A DNA stretch of 64,000 nucleotides from Eledone cirrhosa (taxonomy: Eukaryota). Positions within the stretch are counted from its first letter, which is position 1; every line of letters starts with the position of its first letter. Below are positions 15,967 to 28,344 of this stretch, piece by piece. The position numbers and the translations under genes are program-made. The notes under the pieces were generated by a model. That model did no database searches. It was not told where the DNA came from and saw nothing but the letters and a program-made list of their open reading frames with translations. The stretch lies in the NCBI GenBank assembly GCA_964016885.1, contig OZ024743.1, positions 357,430,001 to 357,494,000 on the forward strand, read 5' to 3'.

Positions 15967-18900
15967 ATGTTGCCATTGACTGACATTGTTTTCTGTTATA
16001 TAAAAACTACAATAACAACAGAACAAATCCGCTTCTTAAAACACTGTGTTTCCTCCAAAATATACACAACAAACATATCAAAACAAGTAAATAATTTATT
16101 ATTGAACAAAACACAAGCTGAACGACTAAAACACACAATAACAGTTAATATGAAAAAGAACAACATACACAAAAGTTAACGAACTTTACAGACAGAAACG
16201 CATTAACGGTAAGGAAGTCCGAAATCTCACCACATCAAACGAGAGGGATGACTTCATTAGCGTCATTCGACGTGAACCCGAAACGAATGCAATAGGCATT
16301 TCAATAAGAAATTATAATGGATGAATAAGAAAAAACTAGAAGAAAGGAAAATGGAATCTTCACAAAAATACCCAGATGACATCAACAATATCCGTATGAC
16401 TGATGTAGAACTACCGGAAGAATTTACCAATGACCACACAGTAAATATTTATGGGAACACTTTAATCAGTGAACAAGAACAACAAATCCTGCAGCTACCA
16501 CCAAAATTTGCCATCTACAAAAAGATTAACCCTATTGAGTGCAAAACGGAGCTGGAAAAGTGTTTGACAAAAATTCGTTGGAATGCAAAAATAAACAACA
16601 ACAACAACTATACGGACAACAACAACAATAATAACGATAGTAGTAATATAAACAATAACTCTGAGTATAGAAATAACAGCTATAATAGTAATAGTCAAAA
16701 CAATAACAATAGCAGGAGAGTGAGAAATAGTAATAATGGTAATAATATTAACGATAGACAGAACAACAACAACCACAATAATAATAATTATAGAAACATT
16801 AACTACAGACACAGCAGCAGCGACCACAGTAGTAATAATGGTAATAATACGAATAACAACAGCAACAACCACAGTGGTAATAATAGAAATAATATATGTA
16901 GCAACATTAATGATAGACACAACAACAACAACAACAACAAGAAACATAATAAAAGTAACAACCACAATGGTAGAATTAACAGTAACAACAACAATAACGG
17001 TGGAGAAAACAACAACAATACATCTAACAATCACAGCAACAATACATCTAGCAATCATAACAATAATAATAATGCTAATGTTAGGAACAACAACAACCAC
17101 CATAATAACAACAATAGCAACACACACAACTATGACGATAGATATAATGACAAGCCCTTAAAGAAAATATTCTTACAACCCAGCTGATAAAACATATAAG
17201 ATGGGTAATATCTATCCTACGAGGTTACCCTTTAATAAAAGAGTTTGCACACCACAACAAATAGATGACGAGACAGAGGCACAGTTCACCATAGCTAGAT
17301 ATAAGATTAGACAAATAGTAGACCGGTATACTGTGACAGATATATATACTATGAGTGACAGAGCAGACCAGAGGTCCAACAACTTGGGAGGAAAACTGTA
17401 GAAATCTTGGTTAGCCTCAAGCAGCGCACAAGGGATGGCGAGGTAGTATGTCTACCCACGGATAAGTCTGGTAGGATGTCAATAGACAGCATGCCGAACT
17501 ACATCAAGGCTATGCAACCCCACATCACCAACACGAGCGAAATTGCACAGCAAATACATGATGGGAGAGAGAAAATCATCAACGCTCACGATGTGAACCG
17601 ACATCCTAAAGCCAAGCAGACGCACTGCCAACAACTTCCAGGCGTCTAACAATGGCATACCACCCTTGTATGGGCTCCGCAAAGACCATAAGACAGTCGA
17701 CGACCCGACAACAGGACCACCAACAAGACCTGTATGCGGAGCCAATATCGCTAGCGACTACAGGATCTCCTACTTCCTCTCAATGGTTATACGCCCCATA
17801 ATCAAGATGTCCCCAGATGTATGTGACAGTACAGAGGACCTCCTCAGCAGAATCAGTGAGTGCAACAAAAACAGGAACCTATCCAACTGCATAATAGGCA
17901 TTATGGATGTGGTATCACTGTACCCATCCATTAACATTGATTTTGCTGTGGAAAAATGTGTGGAGATGATCAGTGAGAGTGAGGTAGAGTTCTGCGACGT
18001 CGACAGAGACGAACTGGGCCTCCTACTTAGACTTACCTACGGCACTGATTACCTAGACAGCCATGACCTTAGACGTTTCTGCCCCAGTATACCCATAAGA
18101 GGTAGACCCCCCACCATAACCTCAATGGCAAAAAAGACTCCCATGGGAAGGTGGATTGGGTGGACCAAAGCTATACGGACCCCCCAAAACAATGATCAGG
18201 TAAGAAAAATGGTCGCACACGCAATAGGGGCTAGTATCAAAACTACCCTAAAGGGCCACATATTCAAGTTCAACGAGAAGATCTACACCCAAAATGAGGG
18301 AGCAGCCATTGGCGTCAGCATAGCTGGTGACGTTGCCAACCTTTTTATAGTATGGTGGGAAAGGAGACTCAAAGATCTCCTTGATGAGAGCTCCATAGAC
18401 CTCATCATGTACTCTCGTTACGTAGACGACATCAATATAATAATAAGGACATCCCCATAAGAGAGCACTAACATATTTGATTTAGAACGTGGAAATGATT
18501 TAGAACAATGGAAAGCATCCAGCAGATAGTTAATTCCATACACCAGAGTATAACTGTAACTATGGACTACTCTTCCAAACACCCTAACAATAGACTACCT
18601 GTATTAGACACGGAACTCTGGATTAACGCTATAGACGAGAGAGCCCAAATTCTCCACTCACACTATGCTAAACCCATGGCCTCCAAATACCTGATACTCA
18701 AAAACTCAGCAATGTCCAGTAGTGTTAAGTTTAATATTCTGATCGCAGACATGGTACGAGTGATGAAGAACGTGTCCCGCATGTGCGACCCAACAGAAAT
18801 GGAAAGACACATCCAACACTTCATCAACCGCATGCAGTTCTCTGGCTACGACCAAAGAGACAGAATCAGAGTATACGAAGGAGCCACGGAGAATTATAAG

Positions 18901-19584
18901 ACCCTCATAGAACTGAACATGAAAGGAATTTTCCCATTATACAAGAGCAAATCATGGAATAGCTTAGATAGGACTAGACATAAGATAGGGAAAGCCACCT
19001 CATGGTACGACAACCAGAGATACCAGAGTATCCTGTTTGTGGACGCTACCCCTGGAGGGAAATTAGCTAACCAGTGTAGAAAGGCCCTCAGAAAGACCCA
19101 CTTAAATATTAAGGTGGTAGAAAAGCCAGGAACCACCATAAAATCCCTGATCAGCAAAACCTACCCTTTTAAGAAAACCCACTGTACTAATAGGAAATGT
19201 ATCATATGTAGAGTAAACCCCCGGATAAACTGTAAAACTAGAAACGTAGTCTATAGCATAAGATGTACAGAGGGTACTTGCAGAAACATGACAACAACAT
19301 ACATAGGCGAGACAGCTCGTCGCATAGGTGAAAGGATAGACCAACACTGGGGGGAACTAAAAGGACGAAAAAACGGTTCAGTACTATACGAACATGCCAG
19401 ACAACAACACAACGGTAACATAGACAACATAGAAGTTAGAATAATATCTAAACATAGAAATGACCCAGCAGATAGGCAAATCAGAGAGGCCAGCGAAATA
19501 GAACTTAGAAGGCCAAGGCTAAACAGAAGAAATGAATGGAATAACAACACCCAAACAAACAACACTGACCTAAGAGAAGTATAA
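15967..19584 (+). pseudogene. PLE polyprotein (N-terminal region, Asn-rich insert, reverse transcriptase, Cys-rich linker, GIY-YIG endonuclease), broken by stops and frameshifts
   Basis: Motifs include FLKHC, LQLPPKFA, DKSG, YGLRKDHK..PPTRPVC, MDVVSLYPSI, QNEGAAIG, YSRYVDD, LPVLD, CTNRKCIIC and NVVYSIRC..YIGETAR..E. The sequence is split over several ORFs. Confidence 0.9.
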
Positions 19585-19840
19585 ATAGATAGATAGATAA
19601 ATAGATAAATACATACACAAGCACAATAACAACAAACACATATAAACACACATTAGTAAACTAAGATAGAATACATTAACCAATACACAGTCACCCAAAC
19701 AAGAACACACATCAAACAAAACACTATACGCAAACGCATGCGCAGAGAAGACAAAAAAATAAACAAATAAATAAATAAATAAATAAACAGACTAAATAAA
19801 GATGGCGTAAACATACAATGCAACGGGGGGAAACATAATA

Positions 19841-19886
19841 GCAACACTGACGATATTGCAGATGTGCAACGAAAGAACTTTGATAG
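19841..19886 (+). ncRNA. Slightly degenerate hammerhead ribozyme in the PLE 3' region
   Basis: CTGACGA-tattgca-gatg-tgcaac-GAAA-GAAC-TT. Stem I is weak. Confidence 0.55.
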
Positions 19887-20092
19887 ACTATATATATGTG
19901 TTTGTGTCTATATTGTATCTGTATTTTTGACCGTTGGTCAGTCAATGGTAACATTGAGGACCGAATAAATTAAATTAACCGATATAAAAGACACAGAAGC
20001 GAAAACCAACCAAACAGTGAGTGTGTTCTGTTATTAATTCTGGCAATATTACACAAATATGACCCTCCCCTATATATATATATATATATATG

Positions 20093-20177
<85 letters not shown>

Positions 20178-20180
<3 letters not shown>

Positions 20181-21816
20181 CGTGACGTATTCTATTCTAT
20201 AGCGATTAGGTCTTCAAAATGTTTATTATAAACATACAGAATATTTTCGAATATTCTATGTCTATATTCACATATATATCGCTATTTCAGAGCATTTATT
20301 CCAATTTCTAATTTCTGCCGGACCGGCAACCGCTCTTTCAAACCAGTTCCTGTACACAGCTAAGTATTCTATAAGTCTCTAGCTGTGTCATTCTCGATAA
20401 AAGCACTGGATATGTAGTCCTGATGATTTCTAACAAGAATGAAACGCGTAGATTACTTCCCTTGCTTTTATCGAGAATCTAATTGTAATACGTGACGTAT
20501 TCTATTCTATAGCGATTAGGTCTTCAAAATGTTTATTATAAACATACAGAATATTTTCGAATATTCTATGTCTATATTCACATATATATCGCTATTTCAG
20601 AGCATTTATTCCAATTTCTAATTTCTGCCGGACCGGCAACCGCTCTTTCAAACCAGTTCCTGTACACAGCTAAGTATTCTATAAGTCTCTAGCTGTGTCA
20701 TTCTCGATAAAAGCACTGGATATGTAGTCCTGATGATTTCTAACAAGAATGAAACGCGTAGATTACTTCCCTTGCTTTTATCGAGAATCTAATTGTAATA
20801 CGTGACGTATTCTATTCTATAGCGATTAGGTCTTCAAAATGTTTATTATAAACATACAGAATATTTTCGAATATTCTATGTCTATATTCACATATATATC
20901 GCTATTTCAGAGCATTTATTCCAATTTCTAATTTCTGCCGGACCGGCAACCGCTCTTTCAAACCAGTTCCTGTACACAGCTAAGTATTCTATAAGTCTCT
21001 AGCTGTGTCATTCTCGATAAAAGCACTGGATATGTAGTCCTGATGATTTCTAACAAGAATGAAACGCGTAGATTACTTCCCTTGCTTTTATCGAGAATCT
21101 AATTGTAATACGTGACGTATTCTATTCTATAGCGATTAGGTCTTCAAAATGTTTATTATAAACATACAGAATATTTTCGAATATTCTATGTCTATATTCA
21201 CATATATATCGCTATTTCAGAGCATTTATTCCAATTTCTAATTTCTGCCGGACCGGCAACCGCTCTTTCAAACCAGTTCCTGTACACAGCTAAGTATTCT
21301 ATAAGTCTCTAGCTGTGTCATTCTCGATAAAAGCACTGGATATGTAGTCCTGATGATTTCTAACAAGAATGAAACGCGTAGATTACTTCCCTTGCTTTTA
21401 TCGAGAATCTAATTGTAATACGTGACGTATTCTATTCTATAGCGATTAGGTCTTCAAAATGTTTATTATAAACATACAGAATATTTTCGAATATTCTATG
21501 TCTATATTCACATATATATCGCTATTTCAGAGCATTTATTCCAATTTCTAATTTCTGCCGGACCGGCAACCGCTCTTTCAAACCAGTTCCTGTACACAGC
21601 TAAGTATTCTATAAGTCTCTAGCTGTGTCATTCTCGATAAAAGCACTGGATATGTAGTCCTGATGATTTCTAACAAGAATGAAACGCGTAGATTACTTCC
21701 CTTGCTTTTATCGAGAATCTAATTGTAATACGTGACGTATTCTATTCTATAGCGATTAGGTCTTCAAAATGTTTATTATAAACATACAGAATATTTTCGA
21801 ATATTCTATGTCTATA

Positions 21817-21820
<4 letters not shown>
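20178..21820 (+). mobile_element. Retrozyme-like tandem array: ~5.3 apparently identical 310-bp units, each full unit with a hammerhead ribozyme
   Basis: CGTGACGTAT starts at 20181, 20491, 20801, 21111, 21421 and 21731. There is no ORF, and (TA)n flanks both sides. Confidence 0.9.
20390..20478 (+). ncRNA. Type I hammerhead ribozyme with extended stem I (repeated at +310, +620, +930 and +1240)
   Basis: gtagtc-CTGATGA-tttctaacaagaat-GAAA-CGCG-TA-gattac. The distal stem I attctcgataaaagca (20390-20405) pairs perfectly with tgcttttatcgagaat (20463-20478). Predicted cleavage is after 20450 (GUA). Confidence 0.88.
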
Positions 21821-21856
<36 letters not shown>

Positions 21857-21859
<3 letters not shown>

Positions 21860-22065
21860 CGAAGGAAATGTGGTAAGGAACCAGGTGGACCATAACGCAC
21901 CAAAGTACTCAATACTTAGGGTAGTAGAGTGGGTAATAGGAACGAGTAAGACCCCGACGGCTGAGCTCAAGCCGTTTCAACGGCTAATTCTGGACTAAAA
22001 CATTTAGTCCAGAATTAGCCGTCGAAACGGCTTGAGCTCAGCCGTCGGGGTCTTACTCGTTCCTA
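21857..22065 (-). mobile_element. Short pLTR-like element with a palindromic end (21937-22065) and the 3' half of a hammerhead
   Basis: Inverted arms contain GAAAC-GGCT-tgagctc-AGCC-GTC, but no CUGANGA is visible. A near-identical copy lies at 53942-54210. Flanked by (TA)n. Confidence 0.7.
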
Positions 22066-22291
22066 TATATATATATATATAGTTATGTAATAAACAACAT
22101 AAGAAACAAACAACATAAGATTATCATTACATAACTAATAAGCTCTGTAACCTACATAGAACACTCTTTTTTCCTGGACCTTTCCGACGGAATTACTTCA
22201 TTCATATATATATATATATATATATACTACACTTTACACTTACTGAACCATTTTAAACCATTGTAAGTAGCAGCTTTCTCACAATTGGTTG

Positions 22292-22317
22292 ACCTTGTAG
22301 TACTAGAGCCACGTGAT

Positions 22318-22365
<48 letters not shown>

Positions 22366-22390
22366 ATCACGTGGCTCTAGTACTACAAGG

Positions 22391-22391
<1 letters not shown>
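22292..22391. repeat. ~30-bp inverted repeat enclosing a (TA)n tract
   Basis: accttgtagtactagagccacgtgattatt / aataatcacgtggctctagtactacaaggt. Confidence 0.85.
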
Positions 22392-22449
<58 letters not shown>

Positions 22450-22726
22450 TATATATAATTTCCGGTAGCAGTGTCTCCGCTTTTCCGGTTACAGGAGGCA
22501 TGGACTTAAACTCAGAAGGCCTAGAGCTAGAAAAGATACCACGAATCATCGCGTCCGATGCTTTAACATTTCTACTAATCCACCGCTCCTGGATTTGTAC
22601 TTTATTTATCGATCTTGAAATGATGATAAGCAAAGTTGACCTTGGTGGAATTTAAACTTAGAGCGCAAAAGACTGAAACAAATACCAAGGCATTTAATCC
22701 GATGAACAACGTATCTGCCAATTCAC

Positions 22727-22856
22727 CATCAATTCATCTCTGTCATAAAATACTGCATCAAAAGTCTTGTTAAACCCATGCCAATATGGAAAAGCTGACA
22801 CAAAAACAACGTCCTTCTTAAAACTGTGTAACGTAATTGGCACTTCGATGGTCATC
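22727..22856 (-). CDS. Candidate host coding exon (130 nt), product unknown
   Basis: Minus strand reads tttctatgcAG|G ATG...TTG ATG|GTgaat. Only one frame is open: MTIEVPITLHSFKKDVVFVSAFPYWHGFNKTFDAVFYDRDELM. The frame stays open upstream to another AG at ~22982. Confidence 0.3.
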
Positions 22857-23390
22857 CTGCATAGAAACCAAGCTAAAATATGCGGGGTATTCGAATCATA
22901 TCGTAGCGAATAATGGCAACCCGTCCGCCTCACTCCGGTACGGAAAGCGAACGTAAAACGATGATGCTGATGTAGGGTATCCTAGATAAATCAGTTTGGC
23001 AGAGTCTAAACTCCTCTAAACTATACCTTCAACACAATGTGGATTCAGCATTACAAGTTAACAAACCAGTTGTCACTTAGCAATGATGCTTGACCGATGA
23101 ATTGTTTGCTTCTACTTTGTGATGAATATTTACAGTTAAATGAACTGCAAATCTTCTAACTTTGGACTCAATTCTCTCCTTATGATAAGATACAAACTAT
23201 CAATCTCTCGACTAGCTGCTCACTGTTCTAACCACAGAGCCTGCCATTTTCTCAGTAGACTGCATGATGTTGATTTATTGTTAACAATATCAGTCTTTAA
23301 TTGTAAATGAAAAACTACATTAATGTTTACAAATTAAAAATATTAATAAATTAGTGTACGTAACAGAAAAAAAAAAAAAAAAAAAAATTC

Positions 23391-23550
23391 AGAGGCGACA
23401 ATGGCTGTGTGGTTAAGAAATTCGCTTCACAACCATGTGGTTAGTAACAGCGTGATACCTTGGGTAAATGTCTTTTACTATAACCTCTGGTCGTGAAATC
23501 TTGTGAGTGATATTTAGTAGACGGAAGCTATGGAAGCCTGTTGCATGTGT
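23391..23550 (+). mobile_element. Degenerate tRNA-derived SINE
   Basis: A-box-like head TGGCTGTGTGGTTAAG, ACCTTGGGYAARTGTC core and a microsatellite tail. Resembles octopus SINEs as I recall them. Confidence 0.55.
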
Positions 23551-25243
23551 GAGTTATTGTGTATGTGTGTGTATGTGTGTGTGTGTGTAACAAGAAGTGG
23601 TTGATAGAATAACTTGTCAAAAATAAGTTGTGGGATCCTGCCCACGTCTTACTTGGTCTTCTTCAGTCTTTATGCTTGGAAGTCCTGACAATTCTTCACC
23701 CGTTCATAATATGTATACAAATATAAAATATATAGAAATAAGCACACATATTGGTGAAGGCGTGTTGCTTTGTGGTCATGAGTTTGATTCTCGGACTGGG
23801 CAGGGCATTGTACCCAGGGCCGGATTTTGGTAAAAAAAAGAATAAAGACTCATGATGAAATAAAAATATATTTAAAAGTGAGACCCCTCAGGGCGTGTGA
23901 CCCTAAGCTATAGCTTATAAGTTGTGACGACACTGGTTCCAAGATGTGCCGGCCTTTGCCTTTTCTTTGAACAGCGTCGGTAGCATGGAGAGGGGAGATT
24001 TGCATGCATGGACAACTACTGGTCTTCCCAAAACAACCTTGCACCCATGCTTGTGCTTGGGGAAGAACTTTTCAGGTGCAAACCCATAGCCAGCCACCTC
24101 CAAAAGGGGTCTTTATATTTATGTGATACATCGAATGCTTTTGCATTTCTATAAGCAACAACAAATGCAAGCATTTTAGGGACAAGTTTCATACACATCA
24201 TCAGGTTCTTTTCGAGGTAACATTTTACAACTAGATGCCTCTCTTGGCGCCAACTCTATTAGTTGCCTCTTACGACACATTGGGATGCCGTGAATCTATT
24301 CTAAACTGGATACACACAGAGCTGGCGCATGGGTATTTAACCTTTTAGACTAGCTCTACGATGTGCACCTACTTCTCCCAATTATGTACTCCATTCTCTC
24401 ATATATAAGTTACCTAAGCCTAGATTTTCCACCATGCAATCCACACTCACCCTCGTTAAATCATGTGACATGCTAACACCATACAACCCTCTCTATCGCT
24501 TTGGATATTTTAGCAAAGCTGCTATGCGGCAAAGATATATAGCAATTTATTTATTGATCACAGGCAATTATTGTATATTGAATCATACAAATTTGAATAA
24601 TGTTCAGTAATGTGCCTTTCTGAGGTTTGCGCCCAAAGCAGCTGCCTAGAAGACCTTAATGGTAGCCCTGGCTCTGGTTGCACACAATGTTATTATTCGC
24701 TGTTTAACGAAAAATCCCGCTGCTTTCAAGTATGAACAGAATATAAGTTGTGCTGGCCATGTCTTTCTCAGTAGCATTAGTGAAGTTTTCTTTTCAATTT
24801 AAAAGTGTAATAAGGCAGATGGTGGAATTGCTGATTTTGGTAGAGGGATGAACGAAATGTTTTTGGGTATTTAGATGTTTCCCTGTATGTCGATCTCTGG
24901 TTTTGTTTCTCTGGGATCAATAAAATAAGTATGGGTTTAGTATTAGGTGTTAAGTTCATTGTTAGGTTCTCCTCTCCACCACCATAACTACCTATTTAAA
25001 TCACTGTCGTCAACAACGGCGACAACTGTCTAATCTTACTTAATCCGGCAGCAGTTGTCAATGTCGTTGATGAACAATGATGTTGATGAATAATGATTGA
25101 TGATGATTGATGATTAAGAAGAAAAAAAACTGAATAGGATAAATAATAAATAAATCAAACGAAATGATTGATTGATTAAAAAAATTTTTTTTATTGGTTA
25201 ATCGTTAATTCAAATAGGTTAATGTCAAGTTCATACCAAACTT

Positions 25244-25264
25244 CTGCTGCTGCTGCTGCTGCTA

Positions 25265-25355
<91 letters not shown>

Positions 25356-25409
25356 TGCTACTACTACTACTACTTCTACTACTATTACTACTACTACTAC
25401 TACTTCTAC
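25244..25409. repeat. (GCT)n/(ACT)n compound microsatellite
   Basis: Visible directly. Confidence 0.95.
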
Positions 25410-26041
25410 AGTATTCTGAATAGTTCTTAATAGAGAGATGCACGCAATTTTTCTGCAATCGCATAAAGGTACTAGCAGGGCAGTGTATTAACCAAATAAA
25501 TATTTATAACAGAGTTGAATGTCTTCTATGTTCTATGTTCGTATATTGTTTTACTGACTCCATGACTGTACTGCGACTATTCTAGTACTTCAGCATCAAT
25601 CTTTTCGTTTGGATGATGATATCGACCCCAACTTTGCCTTTCATCGATTGGAGGTCGATAAAAAGTACCAGTTCAGTACTGAGGTTGATTCTTCCTCTAT
25701 ATTTCTCCTTCTCTGGAAAAAATCAGCTATGTTCAGACCTTGAAAGCGGGAGGGCTGTGCCAGCTTTTAAAAATGTCCCTACGACATCAGTATGACTTAC
25801 GGGTCACTACATATATCGACCTCATGATATATTCCAGTCAGTTACATTTTTTTTGTCGATTTCTATTTGTTGAAGTGCTAGTTATGGGATATAAATGGAC
25901 ACAGACACGGTAGTAGATGTAAACACAGACAGGCACCTAGACAGACAGACAGACAGATAACTAGCTAGCAAGCTAGCTAGATAGACAGATAGCTAGCTAG
26001 CAAGCTAGCTAGATAGACAGATAGCTAGCTAGCTAGCTAGC

Positions 26042-26084
<43 letters not shown>

Positions 26085-26085
<1 letters not shown>

Positions 26086-27373
26086 AACATTTCTTTATTA
26101 GCCACAGGGGCGCACAAGAAAAGGGGGAAAAACAAGGACACATGCCGGGAATTTTACATACAATCGTGTACAAATATTGAAACAAACAAATTTAACAATC
26201 GAAATCCTCAATAGGGGGGAGGCGCCACAAATGGATTGTTTAATACCCCGTCGATAGAACAACCCTCAACTTCAGGAGCGTGTTGTGCAAGTGCTCCTTT
26301 ATTCCTTTTGCTCGCTTCTTCAACCTACAAGTTTATATACAGAGAAGGCCCAATCACTCGGGCCATTTTTGCCACATTCACCTACCTTTCAGTAAATTTA
26401 CTGGGGTGCAGTGCCTCTCTCTCCACTCTGATTCTCCTTCTAAAGTAGTACCTAAAGAAGGGAATGAGTTGTTGTCCGGAGAGAAAGGCATCTGTCCTCA
26501 GTCCTCGCAATCTCGTTCACCATATAACCTCTTTCACCATAGCCACTATACAGAGGAAAACCGCCTCTCTTTCGTTTTTGAAAGAAGTTGGCGGTTTGAT
26601 CCTTTCTATGGACTCGGCAGTCAACTGGATTTGTTCCATACGCGACAGCAGTTGTTCTGCGTAGTTCCACAGGTCGGTTACGCCCGGGCAGTGTACAATT
26701 GCGTGCAAGACAGTTTCAATGTCCTGCCCGCATCTTGGACACTTCCTCTTGGAAGGATCCCTGTCGGGCGTCCGTGCCTGTAGATCTTATCACGAACTGG
26801 GAGAGCTCCTCGGTAGCACTGCCAGGCCAGGACCTCTGGAAGTTGTCCATAGGTCTCGGGTGGAAAGTCCTACCAAACAGACTGTTGAGTTCTTCGTCTT
26901 CGACGCCTATAGTCTCTCCGAACAGGTCGTCGCTCTTGTGACGCACTAACCCTCTATAGAATGTCGAAGTGGAGTCTCCACTGATTGCTGTGCCCGCTTG
27001 TCAGAGGACCGTGAGCGCCTGAGCGCTATTCAATGTGCCAGGCGCCCATCTTCTTCGGTCTCCGCTTGACTCAGGACTGCAGCTCCGTCAGCGAGACAAG
27101 TTGCGGGAAGGCCTGTCTCACAAACGGTGCCCACACCGGTTGGTTGGTGAGGAATACCTGTAGATGCCGTAGCCTCAGCGCATGTTTGCGCATCATCAGC
27201 CAGGGCATTCCCAGCCCTCCATTGGAAGGGTGCTGACAGCAGACGGATCTCCTCACCAGTGGAGCCTGCTTCTTCCAAAGGAACTGGAAGAGCATACGTT
27301 CCATCTTGGTGAGGTGTTCACGGGGACAAGGCACGACGGTCAAGCGGTAGTAGATGACGGACACTATGAAATA
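26085..27373 (-). mobile_element. L1/Tx1-type LINE 3' fragment (copy C): ORF2 C-terminus and 3'UTR
   Basis: FIVSVIYYRLTVVPCPREHL..QHPSNGGLGMP..; roughly 90% identical by eye to 49006-50288. Ends in AATAAAGAAA next to (TATC)n. Confidence 0.92.
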
Positions 27374-27624
27374 TAGATAGATAGATATCACTATAACTTA
27401 TAATAATTTCTGATGTGTATTTATATATTTTGCGTAACGCAGTAGGAGGCGATCAAAATAGAAATATAGAATGAGTCAATGTGTGGCAATATGAGAATTG
27501 AAATAAACGTTGACCTCCCTTTATTTGTTGCTTAGACAGTATTTGCATTCATTACGGGGCTTAAATATTACTCTCTCTCTCTTTTGCTTTCTATATATTT
27601 ATTTATCTAACCCACCTCTCTCCA

Positions 27625-27726
<102 letters not shown>

Positions 27727-27728
27727 CA

Positions 27729-27895
27729 CAATGATATTAAATAAATGGAAACTATATTTATAAAACCATATTTATTCTATTATATATATTTCAGGGGTAC
27801 CAAAAAACTTTGATACGCTTTCATCAGATAAAATACAAAGAGTGTTTTATAAATTTTGACATACCCAAGGAAAATCATAACTTATCAGTTGAATA
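27729..27895 (-). mobile_element. pLTR-like fragment with a hammerhead ribozyme (27774-27834); same family as 40798-41228
   Basis: Minus strand reads attttat-CTGATGA-aagcgtatcaaag..tttggtacccct-GAAA-TATATA-TA-atagaat. Confidence 0.7.
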
Positions 27896-27926
27896 TTCCC
27901 TGGGTAGTGAGAATATCTCACTACCC

Positions 27927-28344
27927 AGGTGATTAATCTCATTTGCATATGAAGCTGCATAAGTTGGCTCAACTTATAATAAAAAAAGAAATAGGATTTC
28001 GCTTCAAGCATAGCTCCATACAATATGCATAAATATTTTGTATCTCCAAAGAAATACGGTTTTAGGAAGCCGCAGCTATGCAAACACCGGGGGGGGGGGG
28101 GGGGGCAACGCCCTCCGGTGATATCCAGCAGAAGCAAGGGGGACAACCGTCTATGCATTTCAGGCTCAACTGGCCCTCGTCAGGACGATCCCTCCCACCG
28201 CCCGCGACTGCTGGACTAGGAGACAGGCGAGAATATATAGTTTTCTCGTCTGTGTAAATGAGGTGATTAATCTCATTTGCATATGAAGCTGTATAAGTTG
28301 GCTCAACTTATATTAAAAAAGAAATAGGATTTCGCTTGAAGCAT
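27927..28344 (-). mobile_element. Retrozyme-like partial dimer: 334-bp unit (about 1.25 copies) with a hammerhead ribozyme
   Basis: An 84-bp direct repeat starts at 27927 and 28261, with a hammerhead between the two copies. (TA)n is adjacent. Confidence 0.75.
28146..28189 (-). ncRNA. Minimal type I hammerhead ribozyme
   Basis: atcgtc-CTGACGA-gggc-cagttga-gcct-GAAA-TGCA-TA-gacggt. All three stems pair; stem III is the palindrome UGCA. Confidence 0.85.

Larger units (their letters stand above)
15781..20070 (+). mobile_element. Near full-length Penelope-like retroelement with inverted terminal repeats, inserted in (TA)n
   Basis: RT and C-terminal GIY-YIG ORF pieces. 15851-15984 is the reverse complement of 19937-20070 (134 bp, few mismatches). 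(TA)n lies on both flanks. Confidence 0.92.

Noticed and set aside
23814-24678. hAT-type MITE ends (CAGGGCCGGATT ... GCCCTGGCTCTG)
   Set aside because: The termini match poorly and no target-site duplication could be identified.
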